Notes: generated by a model from the letters alone, not told the origin. Numbered from the stretch's first letter, positions 8,345 to 19,659 are shown. The stretch: 64,000 bases of DNA from an uncultured Trichococcus sp. (GCA_963667775.1 OY764015.1:945168-1009167); one strand, 5' to 3'. Translations and numbers: made by a program.

Positions 8345-11092
8345 TTATTTTTTCAGAAATCCTTGGATTTCTGCATTTATTTCAGCAAGATCTGTTACCT
8401 TTATCCCCACGCCCTCCGGAAGCATCTTTTGCATCCTTTTGGAATAATTGCTTTTGGTCAATCTGTCGTCCAGACAAATGACGACACCTTTCGTATTTCT
8501 GGAGCGGACAAGCCTGCCTATTCCCTGCTTCAGCCGGATCATCGCCCGCGGGAGGAACTCTTCATAGAACGTCTTCTTGCCTTTGTCCTGGTGAAAGGCT
8601 TGGAAGGCTAGATTTTCGGGGCGATGCGGCGGATCGAACGGCAGCCTGGTGATCACTAAAATTTCTACGGCTTGATCGGAAAAATCAATGCCTTCCCAAT
8701 AGGAAGCAGAACCCAGCAAGATGGCAGCATCTGCCGCCATGAAGCGATTATGCATCCTTCTCCGGCTTCCGGAGAAACCTTGAGCGAGTATCTCGGTTCC
8801 CGGGAATCCGGCAGAGACAGCATTTTTGAGTTGATTATGGACCTCCTCAAGCAAGCGGTTGGATGTGAACAAAACTAAGGCTTTCACTTGTTGCGGGAGT
8901 ACGATTTCCTGCAACGTCGAAACAATCTGTCCGGCGGCTTGTTTATCTTCTAATGACGTGATGGCCTTGATGTCAGTCGGAAGGAAGATCCGCAATCGTT
9001 CGCCCAAATTATAGGGTGAGGAAAAATAAGCTTCCTGCAATTCGGCTTCTCCGACTTTATTTTTGAAGTATTCCAGGGAGTCATCTACTTTGAGTGTCGA
9101 ACTCAAATAGACCGTTCTGCTGAATCGTTCATTGATTTTGGTATGGATTTCTTCAGACAGATCAATCTGGTTCATCTCGATCCTCAGCGAAAGCAGGTCA
9201 TTACCCCAAGTGTAGTGCAGCACATGATACGTGCCCGGGCGATCTTCGATGAAGTATTGCAGATTGTCCCGGACCGCTTTCAAGTCATCCAGCAACGCTT
9301 TTGCGCGCGGACCCATGAGCGGATCGTTACTCAAGCTGGTTTTATCCAGACAACGCATAGCAGCAAGCTTTGTTTCCTGTATATACTTGTGCATTTTCTT
9401 GAGGATTTTCTTCATTCCGGTCTCAACCTGAAATTTCTCATCAAGGAAGACCTCACCCTTTTCCTCCACCTCATTGGTCAGGGAGCGCATCAACATTTCT
9501 TCCAAATTGGCACATTCCTGTTGTAATTGATCGACTGCGAATTCGAGGTTGAACAGATCATAGTCCAGGGAATCGCTCTCGGTACCATTCTCCATTGCCT
9601 CGCGAAAGTCCCGCAGGAAATATCCGAACCGCTTCAATCGCCGCTTCAGGATCGACAAAGCCACACTTTTTTTTTGCGCATCCTGATAGACGCGCGGGAA
9701 TTGATGCGCTTCATCGAGAATCAATTTTATGGATTCGCACTGGTCAAAAATAGCCAGGTCATCGATGTGGTGACTCAAAAAAGAATGGTTTGTTATGATC
9801 AGGCTGGCTTGTTCCGCTTTTTTGTTGTTGAAGGAGAAGAAATCATCATCGCTCCATCTCCCTTTCAATGGGGCTTCATGGCTTTCAAAGGTTAGTTTTT
9901 CCCACAAAAAATCGAAGCTCTGAGCCTGACTTAATTCGCTGATATCGCCGGTTTCCGTCTCGGTCAACCAGACGTAGATGCTCATCATGATCAAGGATTC
10001 TTTTTTTGTGAGGGATTCCAATGGCAAAGCCGCCAATTTCTCCAGATGGATGATATTCGTCTTCCCTTTCAATGAGCTTACCTGTAGCTCGAACGGCAGC
10101 ATTTTGCGCAACCTGACCAATTCATTATCCATGATCTGTTCCTGCAGCAGCAGCGTGGATGTGCTGATCAGGACTTTGTTTTCCGGAGTCGCCTGATAAG
10201 CAGCAGGCAACAGATACGCCAAAGTCTTGCCGATGCCCGGTGCAGCCTCGATAGCCAGATTTCGGGTAGCTTCTGCCTGTTGGAAGTCAAAAAGCGTTTG
10301 CATCATCTCGATCTGCTCCGATCGGATTTCCATACCGTGATTTCCCATCAGTCTTTGGGCCACTTCCGGGAAGTCGGACACTTCTTTTTCTCTGTAGGCA
10401 GTCTGTTCCGAAAGTATTTCTTTTACCTTCAGCGCCAACCCGTTTTTGACAAAAATCTTCGGCGGGAGGGGCGATCGCATCTCTTTGGCGGTTTCATAAC
10501 TTTCGCAGAAAAATAAATCGTTGTCCACCTGACAATGCGCCGATAAGAAATTCAATTTTTCCAGCGTGACCAACGGTAAATTGTTGGCTTTCTCCTTCAA
10601 CTGGAGGAACAGTTCTGCAGTCGCATGTGCGTCGCTCGCAGCATTGTGGGCACTATCATGGGTCAGAACGAAGTATTTTGACAAATCGCCTAACCGATAA
10701 CTGGATAAGGTCGGATAGAGGATTTTTGTCAACTCCACCGTGTCCATCGCGCGCAGCGAAAGCGGCGGCATGCCGACCTCATGGAAGGAACTGTCCAAAA
10801 AATGATAGTCGAAATGCACATTATGCGCTACAAATACGCACCCTTCCAGCGTGTTGTAGATGAAATCACATACGTCTTCAAAATAGGGCGCCTCTTTGAC
10901 GTCCTTATTCTTGATCCCCGTCAACTTTTCGATGATATCCGGTATTTTCCTGCCGGGATTGATGGTTATATTGATTTCTTGAACTATTTTGCCGGCCTGA
11001 AGCAAGGTACACCCGAATTGAATGATCCGATCCCCTCGTTTGAAGCTGGATCCCGTTGTCTCAAGATCGACAATGGCATAGGTTTTCTTCAT
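8345..11092 (-). CDS. dinG: DinG-family protein: N-terminal DEDD 3'-5' exonuclease fused to an SF2 helicase
   Basis: Exo motif AIVDLETTG, Walker A AAPGIGKT and DEAH box (LILDEAHQF). 915 aa. AGGAG SD. Confidence 0.9.
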   Translation of the reverse strand: MKKTYAIVDLETTGSSFKRGDRIIQFGCTLLQAGKIVQEINITINPGRKIPDIIEKLTGIKNKDVKEAPYFEDVCDFIYNTLEGCVFVAHNVHFDYHFLDSSFHEVGMPPLSLRAMDTVELTKILYPTLSSYRLGDLSKYFVLTHDSAHNAASDAHATAELFLQLKEKANNLPLVTLEKLNFLSAHCQVDNDLFFCESYETAKEMRSPLPPKIFVKNGLALKVKEILSEQTAYREKEVSDFPEVAQRLMGNHGMEIRSEQIEMMQTLFDFQQAEATRNLAIEAAPGIGKTLAYLLPAAYQATPENKVLISTSTLLLQEQIMDNELVRLRKMLPFELQVSSLKGKTNIIHLEKLAALPLESLTKKESLIMMSIYVWLTETETGDISELSQAQSFDFLWEKLTFESHEAPLKGRWSDDDFFSFNNKKAEQASLIITNHSFLSHHIDDLAIFDQCESIKLILDEAHQFPRVYQDAQKKSVALSILKRRLKRFGYFLRDFREAMENGTESDSLDYDLFNLEFAVDQLQQECANLEEMLMRSLTNEVEEKGEVFLDEKFQVETGMKKILKKMHKYIQETKLAAMRCLDKTSLSNDPLMGPRAKALLDDLKAVRDNLQYFIEDRPGTYHVLHYTWGNDLLSLRIEMNQIDLSEEIHTKINERFSRTVYLSSTLKVDDSLEYFKNKVGEAELQEAYFSSPYNLGERLRIFLPTDIKAITSLEDKQAAGQIVSTLQEIVLPQQVKALVLFTSNRLLEEVHNQLKNAVSAGFPGTEILAQGFSGSRRRMHNRFMAADAAILLGSASYWEGIDFSDQAVEILVITRLPFDPPHRPENLAFQAFHQDKGKKTFYEEFLPRAMIRLKQGIGRLVRSRNTKGVVICLDDRLTKSNYSKRMQKMLPEGVGIKVTDLAEINAEIQGFLKK

Positions 11093-11313
11093 AAAAATAA
11101 TCTCCTAAATAAACAGAAGCTTCTCCTGTTCCGGTATTTCTTTCCGCAAGACTTTCCCTGAAATGATCGCATATAACCAGGAGTCTTTCTGACCAAACTG
11201 TGCATGTTATGCAGCTGACCTCATTATATCCTATGTCGTGGCTATTGTTACCGTAAAAACGATAATTGTCGGATTTTTTTGAGGGCTTTGGGTGAGAGGC
11301 TGACGAACCCACG

Positions 11314-11350
11314 CAAAAAAACGGACCCTCGCTTAGCCAGCAAGGACCCA
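11314..11350 (-). terminator. Intrinsic terminator after the orphan gene
   Basis: Minus strand reads GGGTCCTTGCT-GGCTA-AGCGAGGGTCC, an 11 bp stem including G-U pairs, followed by G and T7. Confidence 0.6.
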
Positions 11351-11364
11351 TTATTTTGGATGCA

Positions 11365-11841
11365 TTAAACGATATCAGGATAAATGTCTTTCACATTTTT
11401 TTCCGGATCGATTACGATATATAATTTGTTTTCGGATGAAACGAATGAAGATTGGTGTTCGTTGTCAAATCCATCGATATCCAATGCTTTGTAAGGGAAG
11501 TAGATGCGATCCACTTCAACGATGACGTCGGATTTCGGATGATCCTCATCTTGGTACAGGATATCCATTTTTTCGATATCCTGATGGCTCGCAACACGTT
11601 CGAACATGCCTTGCTCAAGCCCACCGAGATTGATATCGCTTGTATTGACGTGATCTGCTTCTTGGTGAATTTCGATACGTAAAGATTCGCAAGGGTGGAT
11701 TTCTTGGAAATCACTGTTTCCGATTCGGCCGTAGCTTGTTGTAACTTGTTTAATCCATAAATCTCCGATATATTCACGCTTGATTGTCCATGTTTCGCCG
11801 TTTCTAAAAATAAATCTCAAACCTGTCATTACTTTTTTCAT
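11365..11841 (-). CDS. Hypothetical protein, 158 aa, acidic, no TM segment, no family recognised
   Basis: Clean ORF with an AGGAG SD 8 nt before the ATG (track M4). It has its own terminator and likely its own promoter. I recognise no motif. Confidence 0.6.
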   Translation of the reverse strand: MKKVMTGLRFIFRNGETWTIKREYIGDLWIKQVTTSYGRIGNSDFQEIHPCESLRIEIHQEADHVNTSDINLGGLEQGMFERVASHQDIEKMDILYQDEDHPKSDVIVEVDRIYFPYKALDIDGFDNEHQSSFVSSENKLYIVIDPEKNVKDIYPDIV

Positions 11842-11952
11842 CGAAATCACTCCTGATATATTTACTTTTTGAATATGTAACTATCTTATCATATTTTTTA
11901 ATAAGTGGGTACCAATACACTTCCGATGACGGAAAAAAAGTAAGTCGAGCTG

Positions 11953-13518
11953 CTAGAGGCTATCCATGAATTCATTCGCATTGACAACTGCCCTCGTATG
12001 CTTTGCCGATGCGATTTCATGGCCTTGGGAATGGGCAGCGCATTCGAAGAAATATTTGTTCCCTCTGTGTTCCGTCACTCTGACCGTCACCGTTATTTCG
12101 GCATGGATGGGAGAGGCTTTTTTATGGTGCAGATCGCAATGGATACCGACCGTCGTGTCGCCTTCGGAAAGATGTTCCTTGACGATTCCCATACAGGCGT
12201 TTTCGATCATGGCCAACAATGCCGGCGTCGCAAGAACCGGCAACGTACCTGAACCGATTTCGGATGCCAAATCTTTTTGACCGACGGTATAGGTGACTTC
12301 GAATGTCTCGTCCAAATAAATCATCCTTCTTTTCGTAATGAAATCCCTCAGCGCGGAGGGGTTATTCTCCAGTTTGTTTGACAATACCAGTGTTTTCAAT
12401 TCTTCGAATATCTCACCCACAAAAGGGCCGCCACGTTGGATGTCCAGCAAGGAAAGCAATTCTTTTCCGTCCAATGCCAAATCTTTCAGTTTATGGATCG
12501 GCATGGATGCATTCAATTCTATCAAATTTTCGCTCCGGTTCGGTAGACCGAATCCTTCGATGATGGCTTCAATCTCAGTAGCGATTTCGATTCCTGTTTC
12601 GAAAAGGAGTGGATAGTCCCAGAATTGCTGCAGGCGTTTTTTCAATGCCTGTACACCAACGCGAATGTCCATGATTTCCTTGCGGGAACACTTCCATTGC
12701 CGCAAAAACGGTTCGATCGCTTCGTCCTTCAGATCAAGGAAATGGATCAGCACCGTCCAAGCGATTGTCGTCCCTTTGAACTGCAGCGGAAACAGTGCTA
12801 AATCGATTAATTCCTTTTCCCGATTTTGGAAACCCGGACACATCTGGAACAGACGTGTTTCGACAAAAAACTTGATTCCGCCCTTGCGGTTTCTTCCGAT
12901 GAGAAGCTTATTCCACTCTTCGCGCACGCGCTCCACCGCAATTTTCGAAAGGAGCGGATGGTATTCGATAATGGCTTCTTTCGTAGCTTGTTCGATTTCA
13001 AAATCCAATTGGCTCACAAACCTGGCTGCGCGCATCATCCGCAAGGCATCTTCCCTGAAGCGTTCTTCCGGATTTCCGACTGCCCGAATCAATTTGTTAG
13101 CCAAGTCCTCCTGCCCGTTGAAGAAGTCTTTGATGTTCCCGTGCCGATCGATTGCAATCGCATTGATCGTAAAGTCGCGTCTTTTCAGGTCGTCCTGCAG
13201 ACTGCGCACATACTCGACTTTCTCTGGCCTGCGGAACTTCTCGTACTTCGATTCTGTCCGGAAAGTTGTTATTTCGTATGTCTCCCGATCATGTAAAACC
13301 ATCACCGTTCCATGTTGGATGCCTACATCAAAAGTGATCGGGAAGATCCGCTGAATTTCTTCAGGCATAGCGCTCGATGCGATGTCGACATCCGAAATAT
13401 CCAGATGCAGCAGCGTGTCGCGCACACTTCCTCCAACAAAGTAGGCTTCATAACCAGCCTGCTCGATGGCTTCGATGATCGGTATCGCTTTTTGAAATTC
13501 CGGTGCTTTTATGATCAT
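11953..13518 (-). CDS. cca: CCA-adding tRNA nucleotidyltransferase fused in frame to a C-terminal hotdog-fold thioesterase domain
   Basis: Residues 1-397 carry [19 protein letters not shown] and [13 protein letters not shown]. Residues 398-521 ([38 protein letters not shown]) resemble stand-alone ~125 aa thioesterases. The start overlaps the dapB stop (ATGA). Confidence 0.85.
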   Translation of the reverse strand: MIIKAPEFQKAIPIIEAIEQAGYEAYFVGGSVRDTLLHLDISDVDIASSAMPEEIQRIFPITFDVGIQHGTVMVLHDRETYEITTFRTESKYEKFRRPEKVEYVRSLQDDLKRRDFTINAIAIDRHGNIKDFFNGQEDLANKLIRAVGNPEERFREDALRMMRAARFVSQLDFEIEQATKEAIIEYHPLLSKIAVERVREEWNKLLIGRNRKGGIKFFVETRLFQMCPGFQNREKELIDLALFPLQFKGTTIAWTVLIHFLDLKDEAIEPFLRQWKCSRKEIMDIRVGVQALKKRLQQFWDYPLLFETGIEIATEIEAIIEGFGLPNRSENLIELNASMPIHKLKDLALDGKELLSLLDIQRGGPFVGEIFEELKTLVLSNKLENNPSALRDFITKRRMIYLDETFEVTYTVGQKDLASEIGSGTLPVLATPALLAMIENACMGIVKEHLSEGDTTVGIHCDLHHKKASPIHAEITVTVRVTEHRGNKYFFECAAHSQGHEIASAKHTRAVVNANEFMDSL

Positions 13519-14303
13519 AGGAATTTTTCCAATCCATAGATCAGGTGATCGATTCCCATTACTTTTCTGCAGGACAGGGCTACTCCGTTCATGAAAGAAT
13601 CGCGGTCATAGGAATCGTGGCGGATGATCAACCCTTCTCCGGCACTGCCGAATTGCACCTGCTGATGCGCGACCAGGCCCGGCAAGCGGACGCTATGGAT
13701 TTTCATGCCATGGTAATCAGCGCCTCTTGCGCCTGCGATGAGTTCTTCCTCATCAGGATGCCCTTGTTGATGATCGCCTCTCTCGGCATAAATCAATTCG
13801 GCAGTCTTTATGGCAGTGCCGCTTGGTGCATCCAATTTGTTATCGTGATGCAGTTCCATGATCTCCACATCCGGGAAATATTTCGCTGCTTTTGCTGCGA
13901 ATTCCATCATCAGCACGGCTCCGATCGCAAAATTAGGCGCAATCAGGCCACCCAGACCCAACTGTTTAGAGTAGCTGGTCAATTCTTCAAGTTGCTCGCT
14001 GGAAAAACCGGTAGTGCCGATTACGGGGCGCATGCCGTTTTCAAGCGCGAAACGTGTGTTGTCATAGGCTGCATCCGGCCTTGAGAAATCAATCCAAACA
14101 TCAGCTTCGACTTCCTTGACGAGCGTCGCTTTGTCGCTGTAGACTTTTACAGGATGGCCGGCGTATTGCGGCAATTCATCCAGTTGCTTTTCTGTTGCGA
14201 AAGGATCGTATACAGCCGCCAGAGTAAAGTCTTCCTGACGCAAGACCATATTTGTGCAGGCGGTTCCCATTTTGCCTTTGAATCCTGAAACTACAATTTT
14301 CAT
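13515..14303 (-). CDS. dapB: 4-hydroxy-tetrahydrodipicolinate reductase
   Basis: 262 aa with GFKGKMG (NAD(P) binding) and [15 protein letters not shown] motifs. Confidence 0.9.
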   Translation of the reverse strand: MKIVVSGFKGKMGTACTNMVLRQEDFTLAAVYDPFATEKQLDELPQYAGHPVKVYSDKATLVKEVEADVWIDFSRPDAAYDNTRFALENGMRPVIGTTGFSSEQLEELTSYSKQLGLGGLIAPNFAIGAVLMMEFAAKAAKYFPDVEIMELHHDNKLDAPSGTAIKTAELIYAERGDHQQGHPDEEELIAGARGADYHGMKIHSVRLPGLVAHQQVQFGSAGEGLIIRHDSYDRDSFMNGVALSCRKVMGIDHLIYGLEKFL

Positions 14304-14365
14304 ACTACACGTTCCCTTCCGTTTGACGCTTACGGCGCATTTTCCCTGCCGTATCAGCGTTGTAT

Positions 14366-14917
14366 TCAGATCATATTTTTTTCTTCCAATTCTTTTAATT
14401 CTTTCGTGAACTTTCTGAAGCTGGTTTCATCGTATTGGATCAGCGCGATATCGATCTGTTTTTTCAGATAATGGATGCGATCCTTCACCGCCAACTTTTC
14501 TAATGACTTCTCTACGATCTCTTCCAGATCCTTATCGAAAATTTCGGAGTCTTGGAGGTACGGATTGTCCTCAAGAACACCAAAAAATGAAAGGACTTGG
14601 TAGGATTGATCAAAGAACAACTCCAGATAAAAATCCTCTTTCCAATTCAAGCGCAGATCATGGAATGCCTGTTCGGGATCCTCGAATGTCTTTCCGTCTT
14701 TATAGTACATGAAGGCATCTTTCGGATTTCCGACTGCGGCAAATCCCATTCCCCTGTTCGTTGTATGGACTTCCTCAATCAGATGGATATTCTTCAATAA
14801 AATCTCATGATTAAGCAGATAATTGAGTATCCAAAGGGACTCTCTGCGCTTCAATTGATAATTCTGAATAAACCAAGAAATAAAAATTTTTTTCTCCTCC
14901 AAAGTAGGATTCATCAT
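14366..14917 (-). CDS. ypiB: UPF0302/ReoY-family protein (YpiB-like)
   Basis: The [35 protein letters not shown] pattern matches YpiB. GGAGG SD lies 7 nt upstream of the ATG at 14917. The track's 20-codon N-terminal extension overlaps ypiA. Confidence 0.75.
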   Translation of the reverse strand: MMNPTLEEKKIFISWFIQNYQLKRRESLWILNYLLNHEILLKNIHLIEEVHTTNRGMGFAAVGNPKDAFMYYKDGKTFEDPEQAFHDLRLNWKEDFYLELFFDQSYQVLSFFGVLEDNPYLQDSEIFDKDLEEIVEKSLEKLAVKDRIHYLKKQIDIALIQYDETSFRKFTKELKELEEKNMI

Positions 14918-14948
14918 TTTAAAACCTCCTATCCGATGGGATGACGAC

Positions 14949-16232
14949 TTATTGATCGAAATGGTGCAGATCATCATGGAGTTGAAGCAACTCAGTGTTG
15001 GCCGGATAAAGAGCCAAACCTTGGTGAATGACCTCGCTCAGTTTTTCCAGATCGCCTTCTTCTCTCAAGAATGCTGCATACTCCAGCAAAAATGCCTCAC
15101 TATCGGCAAAATGCGGATAAGCCGCCAGGTATTCTTTGCTCGCCGAGTCAAAGTCCTCCAAGGCGTTATGGCTGGCCGCAAGCAACCAATTGTATTGCGG
15201 ATCGTTGTCTTCCTGCTCTGCCCGGTCTGCAATATATGCAATTAATTCCTCAAATCTTTCTTGTTTCAGCAACAGGTTCCCCAAGGCCAAATGGATACTG
15301 GAAAGGTCCGGTTCAAGCGCTGCCGCTTCACGCAAATTATGTTCCGCATCCTGCTCCCTGTTCAGTTTCAATTGCAGTCTGGCCGCTGTCGTGTAAAATT
15401 CATGCTGATAAGGATTCCGCGAGATGGCCTGTTCCATCACAGCAAGCGCTTCTTCCAACTCCAGCTCAGCCTCAAGCGCATTCGCCAAATACAAATATGC
15501 GCTCAGGTACGCATTGTCCGCTTCGAGCAATTTATTAAAAATGGTGATGGCGCGCGCATATTCCTTAAGTTGGAAATAGGTGAAGCCGAGTTGGAAATAA
15601 CTGTCAGGGAAATGTTCATCAGCCGGGATTTTTTCCAGATACTGCAAAGCCGTCTCGAATTCGCCGATGGCATTGTGGCAGTCACCCAAGAAAAAATTCA
15701 GCTGCGTTGCGGATGTGATTTCGCCGCTTCCGAATGAAAGTTCCTCATAAATCGGGATCGCCTTCTTGTACTCCCCGATCGAATGGTAAAGCTGGGCCAA
15801 CGCATAATCCAAGATGTGTTCATCCGGCAATAGCGCCATTGCTTCAAAAATTTTCTTTTCGCTGACTTCGTACAGTCCCTGCACTTGATAAGCATCAGCC
15901 ATCGTCAACAAAGCCTGAGGGTACACGTCACTTTCTTTATCGATCGTTAGGAGGATATCCAAAGCTTGATCGTAATCGTCTTCGTCGATGGCGATTTCCG
16001 CTAAGGCGATATTCCACTCCTGTATATGCGGGGCCAGGTAGTTCAATGCTCCATATGCCTCTTTTGCTTCACTCAAGAAGCCCAAGGCATGCATCGTTTC
16101 CGCCAATTCGGCCAAATCAGCGCTGTTGTTCTCCAGGACGGATTGCTCAACTGATTGTTTGAACAGTTGGACAGCCGCATCCAAATCATTGTTTTGAATG
16201 GCTTCTATCATTGCCTGTGCTTCATTATTCAT
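14949..16232 (-). CDS. ypiA: TPR-repeat protein (YpiA-like)
   Basis: 427 aa of tandem TPR-like repeats (A..Y..A...P). Sits upstream of ypiB, as in B. subtilis. Confidence 0.75.
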   Translation of the reverse strand: MNNEAQAMIEAIQNNDLDAAVQLFKQSVEQSVLENNSADLAELAETMHALGFLSEAKEAYGALNYLAPHIQEWNIALAEIAIDEDDYDQALDILLTIDKESDVYPQALLTMADAYQVQGLYEVSEKKIFEAMALLPDEHILDYALAQLYHSIGEYKKAIPIYEELSFGSGEITSATQLNFFLGDCHNAIGEFETALQYLEKIPADEHFPDSYFQLGFTYFQLKEYARAITIFNKLLEADNAYLSAYLYLANALEAELELEEALAVMEQAISRNPYQHEFYTTAARLQLKLNREQDAEHNLREAAALEPDLSSIHLALGNLLLKQERFEELIAYIADRAEQEDNDPQYNWLLAASHNALEDFDSASKEYLAAYPHFADSEAFLLEYAAFLREEGDLEKLSEVIHQGLALYPANTELLQLHDDLHHFDQ

Positions 16233-16380
16233 TCTTCTACTGCTCCTTCAAATACACTCTGATTGGTGGTGCTCCTCCTTTATATTTTATCATAAAGTTC
16301 ACCATCTGTATCTATTTGTTCCTCAGGCTTTTCTCCGTCAAGGATACATACACTGTCCTCTAACATTCCTTAAAAATTTC

Positions 16381-16421
16381 AAAAAAATAAAGCTGAAGCC
16401 CCGTGAGGCCCCAACTTCATT
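16381..16421 (-). terminator. Intrinsic terminator after hup
   Basis: Minus strand reads AAGTTGGGGCC-TCACGG-GGGGCTTCAGCTT (stem includes G-U pairs) followed by TATTTTTTT. Confidence 0.55.
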
Positions 16422-16429
16422 TTCAAAAA

Positions 16430-16705
16430 TTATTTAACTGCATCTTTCAATGCTTTACCTGGTTTGAATGCAGGAATTTTGCTTGCTTCGATTTGGATTT
16501 CTTCCCCAGTTTGAGGATTGCGTCCTTTACGAGCCGCACGATCACGAACTTCAAAATTACCAAAACCGATAACTTGAACTTTTTCACCATCTTTTAATGC
16601 TTCTTGAATCACTTCAAATAATGCATCAACGCTTGCTGTAACATCCTTTTTAGTCAAGTTTGTTTTTCCAGCAACTCTTTCGATCAATTCAGCTTTGTTT
16701 GCCAT
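16430..16705 (-). CDS. hup: DNA-binding protein HU
   Basis: 91 aa: MANKAELIE...[25 protein letters not shown]...P.FK.GK.LKDAV. Confidence 0.92.
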   Translation of the reverse strand: MANKAELIERVAGKTNLTKKDVTASVDALFEVIQEALKDGEKVQVIGFGNFEVRDRAARKGRNPQTGEEIQIEASKIPAFKPGKALKDAVK

Positions 16706-16914
16706 GTTGTCCTTTCACCTCCTTTAAAGAAGAAGAATACATGCTTTCTTTGATAACACAACAAAACATGGAAAAACTATTTTTGAGTGGTCCAAAAACA
16801 GTTCTGAAATACCGCAGTCAGATTGAAAAGATATTTCTAATAAAGAATATCACACAAACCGTGCTACTGCAACGATTATAGTGGATTAATACCTTCGGGA
16901 AGGCAATTTATTTT

Positions 16915-18228
16915 TTATTTTTTTTGTCTGGCGATCAAACGGAATGGTGTTCCTTCAAAATCGAACGAATCACGGATTCTGTTCTCGAGGAAACGCTCAT
17001 ATGAGAAATGCAGCAATTCCGGGTCGTTTACAAATACTACAAAAGTCGGCGGTTTTACGGCAACTTGCGTCATGTAGTAAATCTTAAGGCGACGGCCTTT
17101 GTCTGTTGGCGTCGGATTATGCGCGACGGCATCCATCAGGACATCATTCAATAAGGATGAAGAGATACGACGGTTTTGATTTCCGCTGATTTCCTTGATT
17201 TTCGCAGGAATATTGGACAAGCGCTGTTTCGTCACTGCGGAAACATACATGATAGGCGCATATGAGAGGTACTGGAATTCCTTACGGATTTTTTCCTCGA
17301 ATTCCTTCATCGTATGATTGTCTTTTTCCAAAGTATCCCATTTGTTCACCAGAATGATGATTCCTTTGCCTGCTTCATGTGCATAGCCGGCAACTTTTTT
17401 GTCCTGCTCCTGGATCCCCTCTTCCGCATTCAGCACGACCATAACGATATCCGAACGCTCGATTGCGCGGATGGCACGCATAACGCTGTATTTTTCCGTG
17501 GATTCGTAGACTTTGCCTTTTTTACGGATTCCGGCTGTATCGATCATCCGGAATTTTGTGCCTTCTTCATCAACGAACATCGTATCGATGGCGTCACGGG
17601 TTGTCCCGGCAATATTCGAAACGATTACGCGCTCTTCCCCCAAAATGGCATTCACCAAAGATGATTTGCCGACATTCGGACGGCCGATGAAGCTGAAGTT
17701 GATGATATCTTCTTCTTCCGCATTCTCGTCTTCAGATGGGAAATTGGCTACAACCGTATCAAGCAGATCTCCAAGACCTAAACCGTGGCTGCCTGATACA
17801 GGATAGGGTTCGCCTAATCCCAGACTGTAAAAATCGAATATTTCGGCGCGCATTTCCGGATTATCCACTTTATTTACCGCCAATATGACAGGTTTATCGG
17901 ATTGATAGAGAATTCTTGCGACATTCTCATCGGCATCCGTTACGCCTTCTCTGACGCTTGTCAAAAAGATGATGACATCGGCTTCCTCGATCGCCACTTG
18001 GGCCTGCAACTTGATTTGGCTCATAAAAGGCTCATCAGTGATATCGATTCCGCCTGTATCAATGATATTAAATGTTTTGCCCAGCCATTCTCCTTTTGCA
18101 TAAATTCTGTCGCGCGTGACACCCGAGACATCGTCGACTATGGAAATTCTCTCTCCTGCCAGTCTATTGAATATTGTTGATTTCCCTACGTTTGGTCTGC
18201 CTACTATGGCCACTACTGGATTTGGCAT
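16915..18228 (-). CDS. der: Ribosome-biogenesis GTPase Der (EngA)
   Basis: Two G domains (GRPNVGKST and GRPNVGKSS) plus a KH-like C-terminus. Confidence 0.93.
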   Translation of the reverse strand: MPNPVVAIVGRPNVGKSTIFNRLAGERISIVDDVSGVTRDRIYAKGEWLGKTFNIIDTGGIDITDEPFMSQIKLQAQVAIEEADVIIFLTSVREGVTDADENVARILYQSDKPVILAVNKVDNPEMRAEIFDFYSLGLGEPYPVSGSHGLGLGDLLDTVVANFPSEDENAEEEDIINFSFIGRPNVGKSSLVNAILGEERVIVSNIAGTTRDAIDTMFVDEEGTKFRMIDTAGIRKKGKVYESTEKYSVMRAIRAIERSDIVMVVLNAEEGIQEQDKKVAGYAHEAGKGIIILVNKWDTLEKDNHTMKEFEEKIRKEFQYLSYAPIMYVSAVTKQRLSNIPAKIKEISGNQNRRISSSLLNDVLMDAVAHNPTPTDKGRRLKIYYMTQVAVKPPTFVVFVNDPELLHFSYERFLENRIRDSFDFEGTPFRLIARQKK

Positions 18229-18350
18229 CTAACCTCCGCCTTTCTTTTCCTCTACAACACAAAACTTTTTGGGTATTTGCTCACTGTGTATGGTTTTCTC
18301 AATGTTTTCGTCCATGTCAGTTATAACACATATCCGTCAATAATAACAAC

Positions 18351-18381
18351 AAAAAAAGGGCATGGATGGAATTCCATGCCC
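18351..18381 (-). terminator. Intrinsic terminator after rpsA
   Basis: Minus strand reads GGGCATGG-AATTCCAT-CCATGCCC followed by T7. Confidence 0.8.
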
Positions 18382-18405
18382 TCACATGATCATTTTCCTT
18401 GCTGA

Positions 18406-19659
18406 TTAGGCTTCAGAATCGTCTTTCAAACCTGAAAGCTTGTCGCCTAGTAAATCTGCTAATGTGAAGTTTCCGTCTGAATCATCAGCCACATATTCTT
18501 CGGTCTTTTTCTCTTTTTTCTCTACAGCTGCAGGTGCTTCGTTCGCAGCTTTTTCTTCCAGAGCCTTGATGCTCAGAGACAGGCGTTGCTCATCTTCTTT
18601 TGCATCCAGTACTTTGACTTGAATTTCCTGGCCTTCTTGCAGCACTTCATGCGGCGTTGCAATATGCTGATGTGAAATTTGGGAAATGTGCACCAAACCT
18701 TCGACACCAGGGAAAACTTCCACGAATGCACCGAAGCTTGTCAAACGTTTGACAACACCAGTCAACACAGCTCCAACCGGCGCTTTTTCCGCGATCGCAT
18801 CCCATGGCCCAGCCAATGTGTCTTTGATGCTTAAGGAAACACGGCCATTTTCTTTGTCGATGGACAAGATTTTGACTTTGACGGTTTGCCCGATTTCCAA
18901 AACGTCACCAGGATTCTTCACATGCTCATGAGCAATTTGAGAGATATGGACCAAACCATCCACGCCACCCAAATCGACAAATGCTCCGAAATTGGTCAAA
19001 CGAGCGACAGTTCCTTCGACAACGTCTCCGGCTACCAATTCATCCATCAGCTTGCCTTTGTTGGCTTCTTTTTCTGATTCCACTACCGCTTTATGCGATA
19101 AAATCAAGCGATTTTCGCTCGGTTCAAGTTCGACAATCTTGAAAGTCATTACTTTGCCTTTATAAGAACTGAAATCTTCCACAAAATGATCTTCGACCAT
19201 TGAAGCTGGAACAAATCCTCTCACGCCGACATCAACGACCAATCCGCCTTTAACGACGTCCTTGACTGGCGCTTCGATAATTTCGTTGTTTTCGAATTTA
19301 TCTTGGATCTCTTTCCAAACGATTTTAGCATCGACACGACGCTTCGAAAGTAAAAAGCTTCCATTTTCTTTATCTTTGATTTGTTTTATGACAACCAAAT
19401 CCACAACGTCACCTACGTTTAGGATTTCTGTAACTTCATCGAATGGTTTTGCAGATAATTCGTTGTAAGGGATAACTCCTTCAACGCCGCCCCCAATGAT
19501 TCCTACGATGGCTTGTCTATCTTGGATACTTAAAACTTCCCCCTTGACAGTATCACCCACCTCAATGGATAACGCTTCATCCAACACATCTTGCATAGTC
19601 TGCTCAACGTTATTGGACTCTTCTTCATTTAACTCTGGGTTTTCAATGTAATCTGACAT
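18406..19659 (-). CDS. rpsA: 30S ribosomal protein S1
   Basis: Four S1 repeats (G..V.G.V......GAFV....G..GL.HIS). ATG at 19659 is preceded by an AGGAGG SD; the track start is 10 codons further upstream. Confidence 0.9.
   Translation of the reverse strand: MSDYIENPELNEEESNNVEQTMQDVLDEALSIEVGDTVKGEVLSIQDRQAIVGIIGGGVEGVIPYNELSAKPFDEVTEILNVGDVVDLVVIKQIKDKENGSFLLSKRRVDAKIVWKEIQDKFENNEIIEAPVKDVVKGGLVVDVGVRGFVPASMVEDHFVEDFSSYKGKVMTFKIVELEPSENRLILSHKAVVESEKEANKGKLMDELVAGDVVEGTVARLTNFGAFVDLGGVDGLVHISQIAHEHVKNPGDVLEIGQTVKVKILSIDKENGRVSLSIKDTLAGPWDAIAEKAPVGAVLTGVVKRLTSFGAFVEVFPGVEGLVHISQISHQHIATPHEVLQEGQEIQVKVLDAKEDEQRLSLSIKALEEKAANEAPAAVEKKEKKTEEYVADDSDGNFTLADLLGDKLSGLKDDSEA

Noticed and set aside
11061-11351. 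96 aa minus-strand ORF covering the dinG leader
   Set aside because: It starts inside the terminator of the upstream gene, runs across the dinG promoter and SD, and overlaps the dinG start. It has no SD and an implausible Cys/Ser-rich sequence.
14918-14977. N-terminal extensions offered by the ORF track (ypiB here; also cinA 55898-55984, permease 62025-62117, resD 27580-27639, rny 53230-53265, pyk 36548-36565, rpsA 19660-19689)
   Set aside because: In each case a strong SD precedes an internal ATG that matches the conserved family N-terminus. The extension overlaps the upstream gene or lacks an SD.
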